NCBI GenBank assembly: GCA_014905635.1
Contig: JABVCE010000011.1
Span: 372,001 to 436,000, forward strand
Source: Scenedesmus sp. PABB004
Lineage: Eukaryota
Direction: 5' to 3'
Length of the DNA stretch: 64,000 nucleotides
The notes below the pieces were generated by a model. That model ran no database searches, had not been told where the DNA came from, and saw only the letters and a list, made by a program, of their open reading frames with translations. The position numbers were made by a program, and so were the translations under genes. Positions 23,499-33,142 of the stretch are shown here, piece by piece. Position 1 is the stretch's first letter. Each line of letters opens with the position of its first letter.

Positions 23499-26249
23499 TC
23501 AAACAACTTCCGGCGCGGACTCAAGCCAGCAGGCTGCGCCAGCAGAGGCTTCGGCCTCGGCCGCGGCGCGCGCGGAGCGCCAGACGCGCGACGCGAGCGC
23601 GTCTGGGTCGCCGCCGCCGTAGCACGCGCGCAGCGCCGCCTCCGCGCTGCCGCCGCCGCCGCGCGCGCAGCACGAGCGCAGCCCGCAGGCGTCGGTGGCA
23701 AACGCGAGCACGACGAGCACGCAGTGCGCGCCGCAGGTCTCCGTGCCCGGGCGCTGCAGCGGCGCGCAGGGCAGGCCCACCACCTGGTACGAGGAGCAGG
23801 CACGCGGCGCGCCGCCGCGCCATGCGGGCGGCAGCCACACGCGTGCACGCTCGCGCAGCGCTCGCGCGCGGCCCCCGCTCGCGGCGCTGCCGAGGGAGTC
23901 GAAGGTAAGCAGCAGCCGGGCGGAGTGGTGGGCGACGGTCAGCGTGAAGTGCTCGCCGTTGCGGACAAGAACGAGCTCAGACACGCCAGTGATAGGGCGG
24001 GCCACCGGGGCAGGCGCCGGCGACGCGAGCGCCGCGGCGGGCGCGGAGGGCGTGGCGGGCGCGGCGGCGCCCGGGCGCCGCCACGCCGTCGCCCCGGCGG
24101 CCGCGGCCGCAGCGGCCGCCGCTGCCGGCAGCAGCGCCGGCAGCAGCGCCGCGCCCGCCGGCAGCGCGACCACGGCAGCAGTGACTCCGAGCGTCGCCAC
24201 CGAAGCCGCCGCCGCCGCAGCGGCCGCGGCCGCCGCCGCGGCAGCGCCGTCAACGTCGGGGCGGGGCTCGGCGACGGCCGACGGCGCCGCGGCCGGCCCT
24301 GGCGCGGGCGCGGGGTCGCTCGCCGCGCGGCGCCGCGCCGGGCCTCGCTCGTGCGGCGCCGTGCCGGCGCCGGCCTCACCGGCCCAGCGCACGCCGGCCG
24401 CGTGTGTGGCGTAGAAGGGAAGATGGCCGGCGGCCGCGGGGAGCCACGCGCCGCTGCGCACGTCCCAGGTGCTCACGTGGAGGAGGTGCCCGTCACGCGT
24501 GACGTGGCCGTCGAGGTGCGCCAGCGCGTCAGCGATATTCGTGAGGTCGAGTCGCACCACGTACGGCGTACGTCGCGCCGCGCCAGCAGCAGAGCCAGCC
24601 GGAGCCGGCGGGGCCCCGCCGCCCCGGGGCGGCGGAGGCTCCGCGCGCGGTGGCGGCTCCCGCTCCGCGCGCGGCGGCGCCTCCCACAGCCACCGCCTGC
24701 CAGCGTCGCGGCTGGTGCCGCCGCCGCCGCCGGCGGCGGCGGCGGCGGCGGCGGCGCTGCCCTGCTGGCCCTGCGCCCAGCGCGCCTGACGCGCCTCGCG
24801 CGCGGCGCTGGGGCTCCTGTGCGCGCGGCGCCGGAAACACCCCTGGCCGGGCTGCCACTGCCCCTCCGCCGCCTCAAGGTGCTCGGCGCCCCCGTCGCCG
24901 CGCCCGGGCGCTGCAGCTGCGGCCCGCTCGTCCGCGGGCGGCGGCGGCGCGGCGCCGCCGAGCAGCTCCAGCGCGCTGCGCAGCATCGCGTCTGCCGCTC
25001 CGCCACCGTCGCCGCCGCCGCCGTCGCCGCCGCCGCCACCACCGCCGTCAATGCGACGCTCGCGGCGCGGCGGCGCGACGCGCCGGCCCGGCCACAGCCT
25101 CACGCCGACCAGCCCCAGCACCGCCTCGCCCTCCAGCAGCAGGTGCGCGAGGGCGCCCAGGGACAGGTCCGGGTCCAGCTGGTGCGCCAGGAGGGTCTCA
25201 TAGAAGCGCAGCGGCGCGGCGCGCGCCGCGGTGTGGGCGAGCAGCAGCGCGAGCACGTGCGCGCAGCTCGCGCCAGGCTGGCGCTGCCGCAGCGCGCCGG
25301 CGCCCGCGTAGCGCAACGGCAGCCCTGGCCGGCGGCGGGCGGCGGCGACGGCGCGTCCGCGTTGGCGCGGCGACGCGCAGGGGCGCGAGCGCGCGTCAGC
25401 CCTGGCCACTGGTGGCAGCCGCCGGCGCGAGCATTCACCTGCCGCCGCCAGCTCGGGCCGCAGGCTAGCAAACGCGCCCGACGGGTCCCAGAGCTCCCAC
25501 GCCGCCTGCGCCGCGCCCGCGCCCGCCCGCGGCTCGCCCACGAGCAGCGCGAGCTCGCGCGTGTGGCTGCCGTGCGCGACAGCATAGACCGTGCCTGCAG
25601 GCGTGCACGCCGCCGCCGCCGCCGCCAGCCCGCTCGCGGCGCAGCGCCCCGGCGAGCAGTCCAGGGGCACGGCGGCGCTGCCAGGCGCGGCCGCGAGCAG
25701 CGCGCGCACGCGCGGGGCGCCCAGCAGCTCGGCCGCGGTCAGGCCGATGACGTACGTGCTTCCCACGTGCGGCGCCGCCAGCGGGCTCATCAGCGCCCGC
25801 AGCGTCGCCTCGTCCGGCTGCGGCCGCGGCGGCGGCGCCGCCGCCCAGGCCCAGGCGTCGCCGGCCGCGCGCGCCGGGCCGGGGGCAGGCCGCGCCGCCG
25901 CGCAGGCGTCGCTGCCGGGCGCGCCGCCGCCGGGCGCGCCGCCGCCGGGCGCGTGCGCCAGGTCCAGCTCCAGCTCCAGCAGCGCGCCGCGCACGCCAAG
26001 CAGCAGGTTGAGCAGGTTGGCAGCGGGGTGCAGCACGGGGGCCATCAGCGCGGCCTGCAGCTGCAGCGCCGCGCCGGCAGCACGCGGGCGCGCGCCGCGC
26101 GACGCCGCCGGCGCCGCTGCGAGCCGCTGATGCCGGCGTCCGCGCGCCAGCGAGCCATGGTGGGGCTCACGGAGCAGGCGCGCGGCTGCTGGGCGCGGCG
26201 GCGGCGGCGGCGGCAGCGCGCGGCCCGCTGCTGGCGCGAGCGCATGCAT
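23499..26249 (-). CDS. Putative CE-clan (Ulp1/SENP8-like) cysteine protease with one clear and one probable protease domain; start codon uncertain (26249 or 26045)
   Basis: Long open frame. C-terminal domain (~23680-24000): NGEHFTLTVAHHSARLLLTFDSLG...APLQRPGTETCGAHCVL, giving the H-D-Q-C order. N-terminal domain (~25240-25600): HGSH..LALLV..WELWDPSG..RQRQPGASCAH once an in-frame 114-nt GT-AG intron (25325-25438) is removed. Confidence 0.65.
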   Translation of the reverse strand: MHALAPAAGRALPPPPPPRPAAARLLREPHHGSLARGRRHQRLAAAPAASRGARPRAAGAALQLQAALMAPVLHPAANLLNLLLGVRGALLELELDLAHAPGGGAPGGGAPGSDACAAARPAPGPARAAGDAWAWAAAPPPRPQPDEATLRALMSPLAAPHVGSTYVIGLTAAELLGAPRVRALLAAAPGSAAVPLDCSPGRCAASGLAAAAAACTPAGTVYAVAHGSHTRELALLVGEPRAGAGAAQAAWELWDPSGAFASLRPELAAAGECSRRRLPPVARADARSRPCASPRQRGRAVAAARRRPGLPLRYAGAGALRQRQPGASCAHVLALLLAHTAARAAPLRFYETLLAHQLDPDLSLGALAHLLLEGEAVLGLVGVRLWPGRRVAPPRRERRIDGGGGGGGDGGGGDGGGAADAMLRSALELLGGAAPPPPADERAAAAAPGRGDGGAEHLEAAEGQWQPGQGCFRRRAHRSPSAAREARQARWAQGQQGSAAAAAAAAGGGGGTSRDAGRRWLWEAPPRAEREPPPRAEPPPPRGGGAPPAPAGSAAGAARRTPYVVRLDLTNIADALAHLDGHVTRDGHLLHVSTWDVRSGAWLPAAAGHLPFYATHAAGVRWAGEAGAGTAPHERGPARRRAASDPAPAPGPAAAPSAVAEPRPDVDGAAAAAAAAAAAAAASVATLGVTAAVVALPAGAALLPALLPAAAAAAAAAAGATAWRRPGAAAPATPSAPAAALASPAPAPVARPITGVSELVLVRNGEHFTLTVAHHSARLLLTFDSLGSAASGGRARALRERARVWLPPAWRGGAPRACSSYQVVGLPCAPLQRPGTETCGAHCVLVVLAFATDACGLRSCCARGGGGSAEAALRACYGGGDPDALASRVWRSARAAAEAEASAGAACWLESAPEVV

Positions 26250-26386
26250 GCGGGCGGCCGCGGCGCCGGTGCCAGCGCCGGCGGCCGTCGGTACACTCCG
26301 CTGGTCGCGCTGGCGTCGCGGGTCGATCGGCGGGCGCTCGTGCGGGCGACGTGAGCCGTCACGCGGCGCCGCCGCGCTGCGCAGGC

Positions 26387-26421
26387 GAGCTTTGCGGGGG
26401 CGGCGCGCCCCCGCAAAGCTC
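26387..26421. promoter_or_regulatory. Perfect 16-bp inverted repeat in the divergent promoter region between the protease and UBL genes
   Basis: GAGCTTTGCGGGGGCG-gcg-CGCCCCCGCAAAGCTC: the two arms are exact reverse complements. A regulatory role is inferred only from position. Confidence 0.6.
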
Positions 26422-26448
26422 CCCGGCACAAAGTTCGCATCGAGCAGG

Positions 26449-26988
26449 ATGCAGGCGGCGCGCAGGGCGCTGCGGCAGCGCGAAGCGGTGGCGGCGGCGC
26501 CGCGCCTCCTCGGGCGCTGCCTGCCGCGCGCCGGCCTGCCGCGCGGCCTGCTGCCGGTCGTCCGGCCCGCCCGGCTGGCCCTGACCGCCCTGCCGAGCGG
26601 CGCCGACAGGGCCGACGCGGCGCCGCGCGGCGCCCGGCGCGCCGCCGCGCAGCGTGCGCCGCCGGCAGCTGTCGCGGGCTGCGGCAGCGCCAGCCTCGAG
26701 CCGCCGGCCGACGGCCCGGCCGACCACCTGCTGAAGCTCAGGGTGGTGCTGCTGGCCAGCGCCGCCGCCAGTTTCGAGGTGTGCCTGCCTGCGTCCGGCG
26801 CGACCCTGGGCGCGCTGCGGCGCGAGCTCGACGCGCGCCTCGGCGGCTGGGCGGCGGCGGGCCCGGCGCGGATCGCGTACGCTGGCAGGGAGCTGGCGCG
26901 CGGCGCTGACGCCGACGGCGCGCCGTTTGTGCCCGTGCGAGGCGTCCGCGTCCTGCACGTGCTGCCGCACCGCCTCGTCGGCGGCTGA
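26449..26988 (+). CDS. Ubiquitin-like protein with exposed C-terminal diglycine and N-terminal extension (179 aa if unspliced)
   Basis: LKLRVVLL..SFEVCL..ATLGALRRELDARLG..ARIAYAGREL..RVLHVLPHRLVGG* aligns by eye with ubiquitin (DTIENVKAKIQDKEG, RLIFAGKQL, TLHLVLRLRGG). Confidence 0.78.
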   Translation: MQAARRALRQREAVAAAPRLLGRCLPRAGLPRGLLPVVRPARLALTALPSGADRADAAPRGARRAAAQRAPPAAVAGCGSASLEPPADGPADHLLKLRVVLLASAAASFEVCLPASGATLGALRRELDARLGGWAAAGPARIAYAGRELARGADADGAPFVPVRGVRVLHVLPHRLVGG

Positions 26989-27100
26989 CCAGCGAGCGGC
27001 TCTCGAGAGAGCTCACGAGCTCACGAGCGCACGAGCCACGCACGAGTCGGGGGTGCAAGCGGTTGCAGAGCGGCGCGCGTCGCCTCCCCGCGCCCGGTCG

Positions 27101-28984
27101 TCAGCTGCCGCCGCCGGCGCCAGCCTCGGGCGGCTCCCAGAGCTGCAGCCGGCAGTCCGAGCCGCCGCTGACGAGCCCGCCGGCCCCGCGCCAGCCGACC
27201 GCGAGCAGCTTGGCGCCCTCGCCGTGCTGCGCGAGGCTGGCCAGCGGCACGGGCGTGCGGATGTCCCACAGGCGCACCACGCCGTCGTGCCCCGCGCTCG
27301 CGAGCTGGTGGCCGCTGCCGGGCCGCCACGCGAGCGCCGCGACCCAGCCGCCCTGCCCCCCGAGCGCGCGCACCGCGAGCGCCTCGCCCGGCGGCGCGCG
27401 CGCGTCCCACACCCGCACCGCCGCGTCGGCGCCGCCGAGCGCGACGAGCCCCCGCCGCCTGGCGGCGCGGCGAGGGCGTAGACCGCCTTGCTGCCGTTGT
27501 AGGTCTCCGTGTTGGCGCACGCCTCGGCGTCGTAGCGCCGGACCGAGTGGTCCCAGCCGCCGCTGAAGACCGTGCCGGCCGCCGGCCACGCGACCGCGGC
27601 AACGCAGTGGACGTGCCCCGGCAGTGCGCCGCGCGGCGCGAGCGCGGGCGGCGCGGGCGGCGCCGCCGCCGCGTCGCGCGTCCTGCGCTTCTTGCGGCCG
27701 GCCGCCGCCGCCGTGTCCTCGCTGCCCTCGCCGCCGCCGGCGGCCTCATCTTCCAGCGCCTGCTGGCCTGCGCGGCGGCGGCGGCGGCGGCGGGGGGGGG
27801 GGGGTTGCGCCGCGTGCCGCGCGCCCGCCAGGCGCGCGGCGCGCCGAGCCGCGCGGCGGCCGCGCCCCCGCGCGCGGCGCCGCCGCACCCGTCCGCCACA
27901 GCAGCAGCTGCCCGTCCCAGCCGCCGCTCGCGCAGTGGTCTCCGGCCGGGCTCGCGGAGACCGCTTGCACCGCCTCGCGGTGCCCCTGGCAGACCAGCGC
28001 GCAGCGCGCCCCGCCGCCGTCGCGCTGCAGCTGCCACAGGCGCACCGCGTGGTCCTTGCCCGCCGACAGCAGCAGCGGCGCCGCGCCCGCCGCCTGTTGC
28101 TCCTGCTGCGCCGGCAGCGCCGCGAGCGCATTGACGCCCAGCCGGTGCGCGGTGAACTCCAGCTCGCACTCGCCGCCGCCCCACACCCGCACCACTCCGT
28201 CCGCGGCGCCGCTCACGAGCGCGCCGCCCGGCTGCAGCGACGCGACCGCCGTGATCCTGCGGGCCGCGGCGGCGCGCGTCACGCGTCGCGCGCCGGCCGG
28301 CGCCGACGGCGCAGCGCGCAGGCCGCCGCCGCGGGCGGCGCAGCCGCGGGGCCGCACCAGTCGTCGTGCGGGATGGCCGACCGGGGCTCGGGCGGCACCA
28401 CCGCCGGCACGTACTCCACCTCCACCACCGCCTCCTGCGAGCGCGTGGCGCGGCGCGGCGCGACGGGGCGGCGGCAGCCGCGGGTCGGCGCCCAGCCCCG
28501 CGCTCCGCCGCGGCGCGGCGTGAGCGCGCCGCCGCCGGGCGCCGCACGGCACGCACGGGCGAGATGCTGTGCTCCAGCAGGTGCCGCTCCAGGCTGCGGC
28601 GCAGCAGCTCGCCGTTGATGATGAAATCGAACGGCCGCGGCGGGTCTGCGGCGCGGCGGCGCGGCGCGGCGCGTCGGCGCGGCGCGTCGGTGCGGCAGCG
28701 ACCGCCGCCCCCGCCCGCGCGCCGGCGCGCGCGCCGCACCCAGCGCCAGGAGGTGGTTGATGATCTGGGAGAGCCCATAGCGCTTCAGCGACGCCGGCAC
28801 GGCCTGCGGGCGCGCGGGCGGTCGGCGGCGGGCCGCGGCCGCCGGCGGCCGCTGCTGCCGGCGCCGCAGCCGCCCGCGCCGCGGCGGGCGCGCGCACCAC
28901 TTCGGTGGGCGGCACTTGCAGCTCCGGCGGCAGGCGCGTGGTGAAGCGCACCAGCACCTGCGTGGCCTCGGCCGCGCCCGCCAT
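27101..28984 (-). CDS. WDR12: Ribosome biogenesis protein WDR12/YTM1 (NLE domain plus WD40 repeats), with an apparent 1-nt frameshift near 27450
   Basis: QVLVRFTT, VPASLKRYGLSQIINHLL, FDFIINGELLRRSL, EAVVEVEYV..PHDDW, followed by WD repeats (GHREAV, SGGWDG, GHVHCV, SGGWDHSVR, LASAGHDGVVRLWDIR, SGGSDCRL). Confidence 0.92.
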
Positions 28985-29345
28985 ACTCGGCGGCGGCCGG
29001 CAGCAGCGGCGGCAGCAGCAGCGGGCGCAGAGGGTTGCGCGGCGGCGCGACGCGCTCCCAGTAGTGCAGGGCGACTGGTGGAGGAGCGGAGGGAGCCTGG
29101 CGCGTTCGGGGCAGCGAGGAGGACGAAAGCGCCGGCAGGGCGACCGGCCGCGGCCTAACCAGGACGCTCGGCCGTGAACGGACAGTTTGTCAACGACACG
29201 TTGCCACCCTCGCACGCGCCGCGCGCCTGGGCGAGCGGTGCACGCGCGGCGCGCGCGGTCCGCCGCGCCGCGCCGCGCCGCGCCGCGCGCTCTCTCGCTG
29301 CCCTACTCGAATGCAGCACCACCCGGCTCAGCAGCAGCTCGCCCA

Positions 29346-29974
29346 TCACCGGTGGGGGTGACCGCGGGCGTGGTGGGCGTGGCCGTGCACGCCGGGCGCG
29401 GGCGGCGCGGGGCTGGCAGCCTGCGCGCTGGCGTCCGCCGGGGCGGCTGCCGTCGCGGGGGCGGCTGCCGTCGCGGGGGCGGCTGGCACCGCCAGCGCCG
29501 CCAGCGTGCTGGGCCAGGACTCAACCGGCTCGTACGGGCCTGCGGGGCGGGCGCGTCGCCCTGAGAGGCAGGCGTGCGCCGGGGCCAGCCGCCCCGCGGC
29601 GCGCCCCGGCACGCGCCGCGCGCGCGCCCGCGCCGCGCACCAAAGCTCCGGCCGTTGCGCTCAAAGTCGCTGCCGCTGGTGCCGCCGGTGTTGCCGCCGC
29701 CCCTGCGGTCCGGCACCGGCTCGTACTCCCCGAAGCGCGGGCGCTCGCGGTCCTCCCAGCCCGCGCCGCTCGCGGCGTCGGTGCTCTCGTTGTCCCACGC
29801 CGCGGCGCCGGCTGCGGCGGGCGGCGGCGGCAGCCGAGGCGGTGGCGCCGGCGGCAGTGGGTGAGGGGCGGCGGCCGCCGCAGCCGCGGGGACGAGGCGG
29901 GCACCTCGCCGCGGCTCACCGAGCAGCAGCAGCAGGCCCGCCAGTGCCAGATTCGGTGGGGCGTGGCGCCCCAT
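29346..29974 (-). CDS. Small secreted protein A of the GTxGSDFxxxxRxFG family (3 exons)
   Basis: Exons 29974-29920, 29811-29641 and 29539-29346 are joined by GT-AG introns. Product: MGRHAPPNLALAGLLLLL|AGAAAWDNES...RPRFGEYEPVPDRRGGGNTGGTSGSDFERNGRSF|GPYEPVESW...HGHAHHARGHPHR*. Confidence 0.75.
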
Positions 29975-30506
29975 GGGAGCTGCGCGAACGGGGCGGAGCC
30001 TGCGGTGTGCCGGCGGCCGCGCCCTGAGCGCCGGCGCGAGGGCAGCCAGCCCGCGGCGCCGCGCGGCCCCGGCCCCCGCCCGCTGGCCCACGGCGCCGCT
30101 TGCGCAGCCACCTGGGTGCTCTCGATAACTGCGCGACCGGATTGCGGCTGCCGCGGGCACGGCCTGAGGTGCTCGGGCGAGCCGGCTCGCGCGCGCGCGG
30201 GCTCGCGCGGCAGGGCGTGCTCGGGCGGCTGTTTGGCTGACCGGCTGAGTGCCTGGAGACTCAGAATGCGGCCGTGGAAAGCTCTGTCAACGGCAGGAGC
30301 AGGCGAGCCGAGCCGCGACAGCCGCGTAGGAGCATTGCACTTTGGCGGGAACGCTGTCGCTCTGCCCGACCCGCGCCCGACAGGCCACGCGGCGGCGTGG
30401 AGCTCGCTTGAGCTGCGACGGCTTCGAACAAGCAGCTCGCGCGATGCCGGAGCGTTGCGGCGGCGCGCGTTGCCAGCGGCGGCACTCGCCCGCGACGGGT
30501 GCCAAC

Positions 30507-33099
30507 TCACAGCCCCGCCTCGCTGACGAGCGCGAGCGCCATGCGCATCTCGCCGTCCGCCTCCTGCACGTACATCCGGCTCGGCGGGCGCGGCGCGGCC
30601 GCCGCCACGCCACCGGGGGCGGCGCCGGGCGCCGGCGCCGACGCGGCGCCGCCGCCGCGCCCGGTCGCGGCCGCCACAGCGGCGGCCACCGGCGCCGCCA
30701 GGCGCGGCCCGCGGCCGCTGACGCGGCCGCCACCGCCGGGCGCGCACGTGAGCACCCACTCCTTTTGCGCCGGCTCTCCCAGCGCGCGCTGCAGGCCGCG
30801 CACCTCGCGCAGCCACGCGGGCCCGCCGCGCGCGCCGTCCTGCGAGCTGCCAGGCGAGCCCCGCGCCGCGTGGTCCTGCAAGCCCTCCGCGTACGCGCCG
30901 TCCTGCAAGCCCTCTGCATACTCGCCGTCCTCGTGGTGGCACAGCCCCTCCAGCCCCAGCTCGCCGCCGGCGCTCTCGTCCGAGCCGCTGCGCCCCGGCG
31001 GCGGCGCGGCGCACGCCGCCGCCCAGCGCGCGAGCGCCAGCCGCTCGTCGTCGCCGAGCCGCGCGGCCGGCAGCAGGCTGCCGGGGCCCATCACCGCCGC
31101 GTCGCCGCCGCCCGCGCCCTGCAGCAGGTTGGCGAGCAGCCGCGCCGCGAGCGCGCGCTGCCCCGGCAGGCGCTGCAGCAGCGCCTCGCCCAGGACGACC
31201 ACCTGCTCCACGTAGGCAAACTCTGCGAGCAGCAGCTCGAGCTCGACGTCCGACAGCCCGCCCTCCGCGCCCTGCCAGTCGCCCGCGAGCGGGGCGCCGC
31301 GCGGCGCGTCCGCGCCGGCCGCGGCCGCCGCGGCGAGGTGCTCCTCGATGCCGCCGCCCTTGCGCAGCACGCCGGCGGCCATGCCCTTGAACCTGCGGCG
31401 CGCGCAGCAGCGGCGGCGGCGGTGTGCGCGCGGCGGCGGCAGTGGGCACGCGGTGCGGCGGCGCACGCCGCGGCGGCGCACGCCGCCGCACCGCTCCACG
31501 ACCGCCGCGGCCGCCGGCAGCGCCGCGCCGCGGCTGGCCGCGAGCAGCGCGAGCGCCTCGGCCACCGCGGCCGCGAGGAGCTGGCTGAAGAGGGGGCGTG
31601 GCTGGAGGGTCTCCAGGTAGTGCAGCACCTGCGGCGCCAGGGCGAGGCAGAGGGGGCGGGGCGGGGCGTGTGACGCGTGGCGCGCGGCGCGTGGGCGGGG
31701 CGCGGGCGCGCGGCGGCGTGGCCGGGCGCGCGCACCTGCTCGCCCTCCTTGGCCGGGTTGAGCAGCTGCCGCTGCGCCGACGCGGGCAGCGGCGCCGCGA
31801 GCGCCCAGAGCTGCTGCCAGCTGTTGCCGGGCGCCGCCATGCGCGCCGACAGGCTGCCGCCGGACGCGGCGTCGCCGCTGCCCTCGCCGCCGGCGTCGCC
31901 GCCGCCCTCGCCGCCGGCGTCGCCGCCGCCCTCGCCGCCGGCGTCGCTGCCAGCGTCGCTGCCGGCGTTGCCCCCGTCTGAGCACGCCGCCGCTGCCGGC
32001 GGCGCGACGTCGCGCGGCGAGTACCAGCGCAGGAAGTCGTCCAGCACGCAGCCGGGGTTGGCCGCCTTGAACGCAGCCATGTCACCCAGCAGCGGCGCGG
32101 ACAGCAGGCGCTGCCGCAGCAGCAGCAGCTGCTCGTCGCCGCCGGCGCCGGCGCCGCCGCCGGCCGGCGCCGCCGCCGCGAGCTGCAGCAGCGCGGCCTG
32201 GCGCTCAATGGCCTGGTCCTCTGTGAACACCGGCGCGTCCTGCACGACCGGCACGCGCAGCGGGCGGCCCGGGAAGCGCAGCAGCGCGGCGCCCGGCACC
32301 ACGCCCGCCACGCCCAGCGGCTCGGCGTCGTCGCCGGCGTCGGCGAGCAGCGGCGCGGTGCCCGCGCGCGCGGCGGCGCGCCCGGCGCCGCCGTCGGGCG
32401 CCGCGTCGGCGCCCGCGGGCGCGGCAAACTCGGAGCGCGCGTCCTCAAAGGCCGCCAGCTGCTGTGCTCGGTCGTCGCCATCGTCGCCGCCGTCGCCGTC
32501 GTCGTCGCCGGACGCCGAAAAGAAGCTGCTGCTTCCGCCGGGCGTGAGCGGGCGGCGCGCGCCAGCTCCGCCGCCGGGTGCTGCGGCGTCGTCGTCACCG
32601 CTGGCGCTGCCGTCGAGGGACGCCGCCTCGCTGGGGCTGGCTGGCGAGTCGTCCGGCAGCGGCAGCGCGGCGGCGGCGGCCAGGCCCCCGCCGAGGCCGC
32701 TGCCGGCGCGGCGCGCGCGGCGGGCGCCGGGCGCGAGCCGGCTGCCGGCGCTCGCGGCGCTGGCGCCGCTGCCGGCGCGCCGCAGGCCCAGCGCCGGCGT
32801 GCCGCCGCTTGGTGGGCGGGCCTGCTGGTGCGCCACGCCGCGCGCCGTGCGGCGGTCGCGGCGCCAGATGCACAGGTTGAGCATCTGCAGCTTCTGTTGC
32901 AGCAGGCACGCATCGAGGTCAGGCACGGGCGGGCCGCCCGCGCACGCGGCCGCCGCCTCGCCAGCGCCGGCGTCGCCGAGCGAGCCCTGCCGGCTGTGGC
33001 CCGGCCAGCTGCTGCAGCTGCTGCTGCTGCTGCCGAGGCGGCTGAGCCCGGCACCGGCCGGCTGCTGCTGCGGCTGCTGCGGCTGCTGTGGTTGCTGCG

Positions 33100-33142
<43 letters not shown>

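Noticed and set aside
27449..27453. WDR12 or RAB3GAP1 as pseudogenes or programmed-frameshift genes
   Set aside because: The breaks all fall in G/C runs, all are one base short, and the coding sequence is otherwise intact, so assembly error is the simpler explanation.
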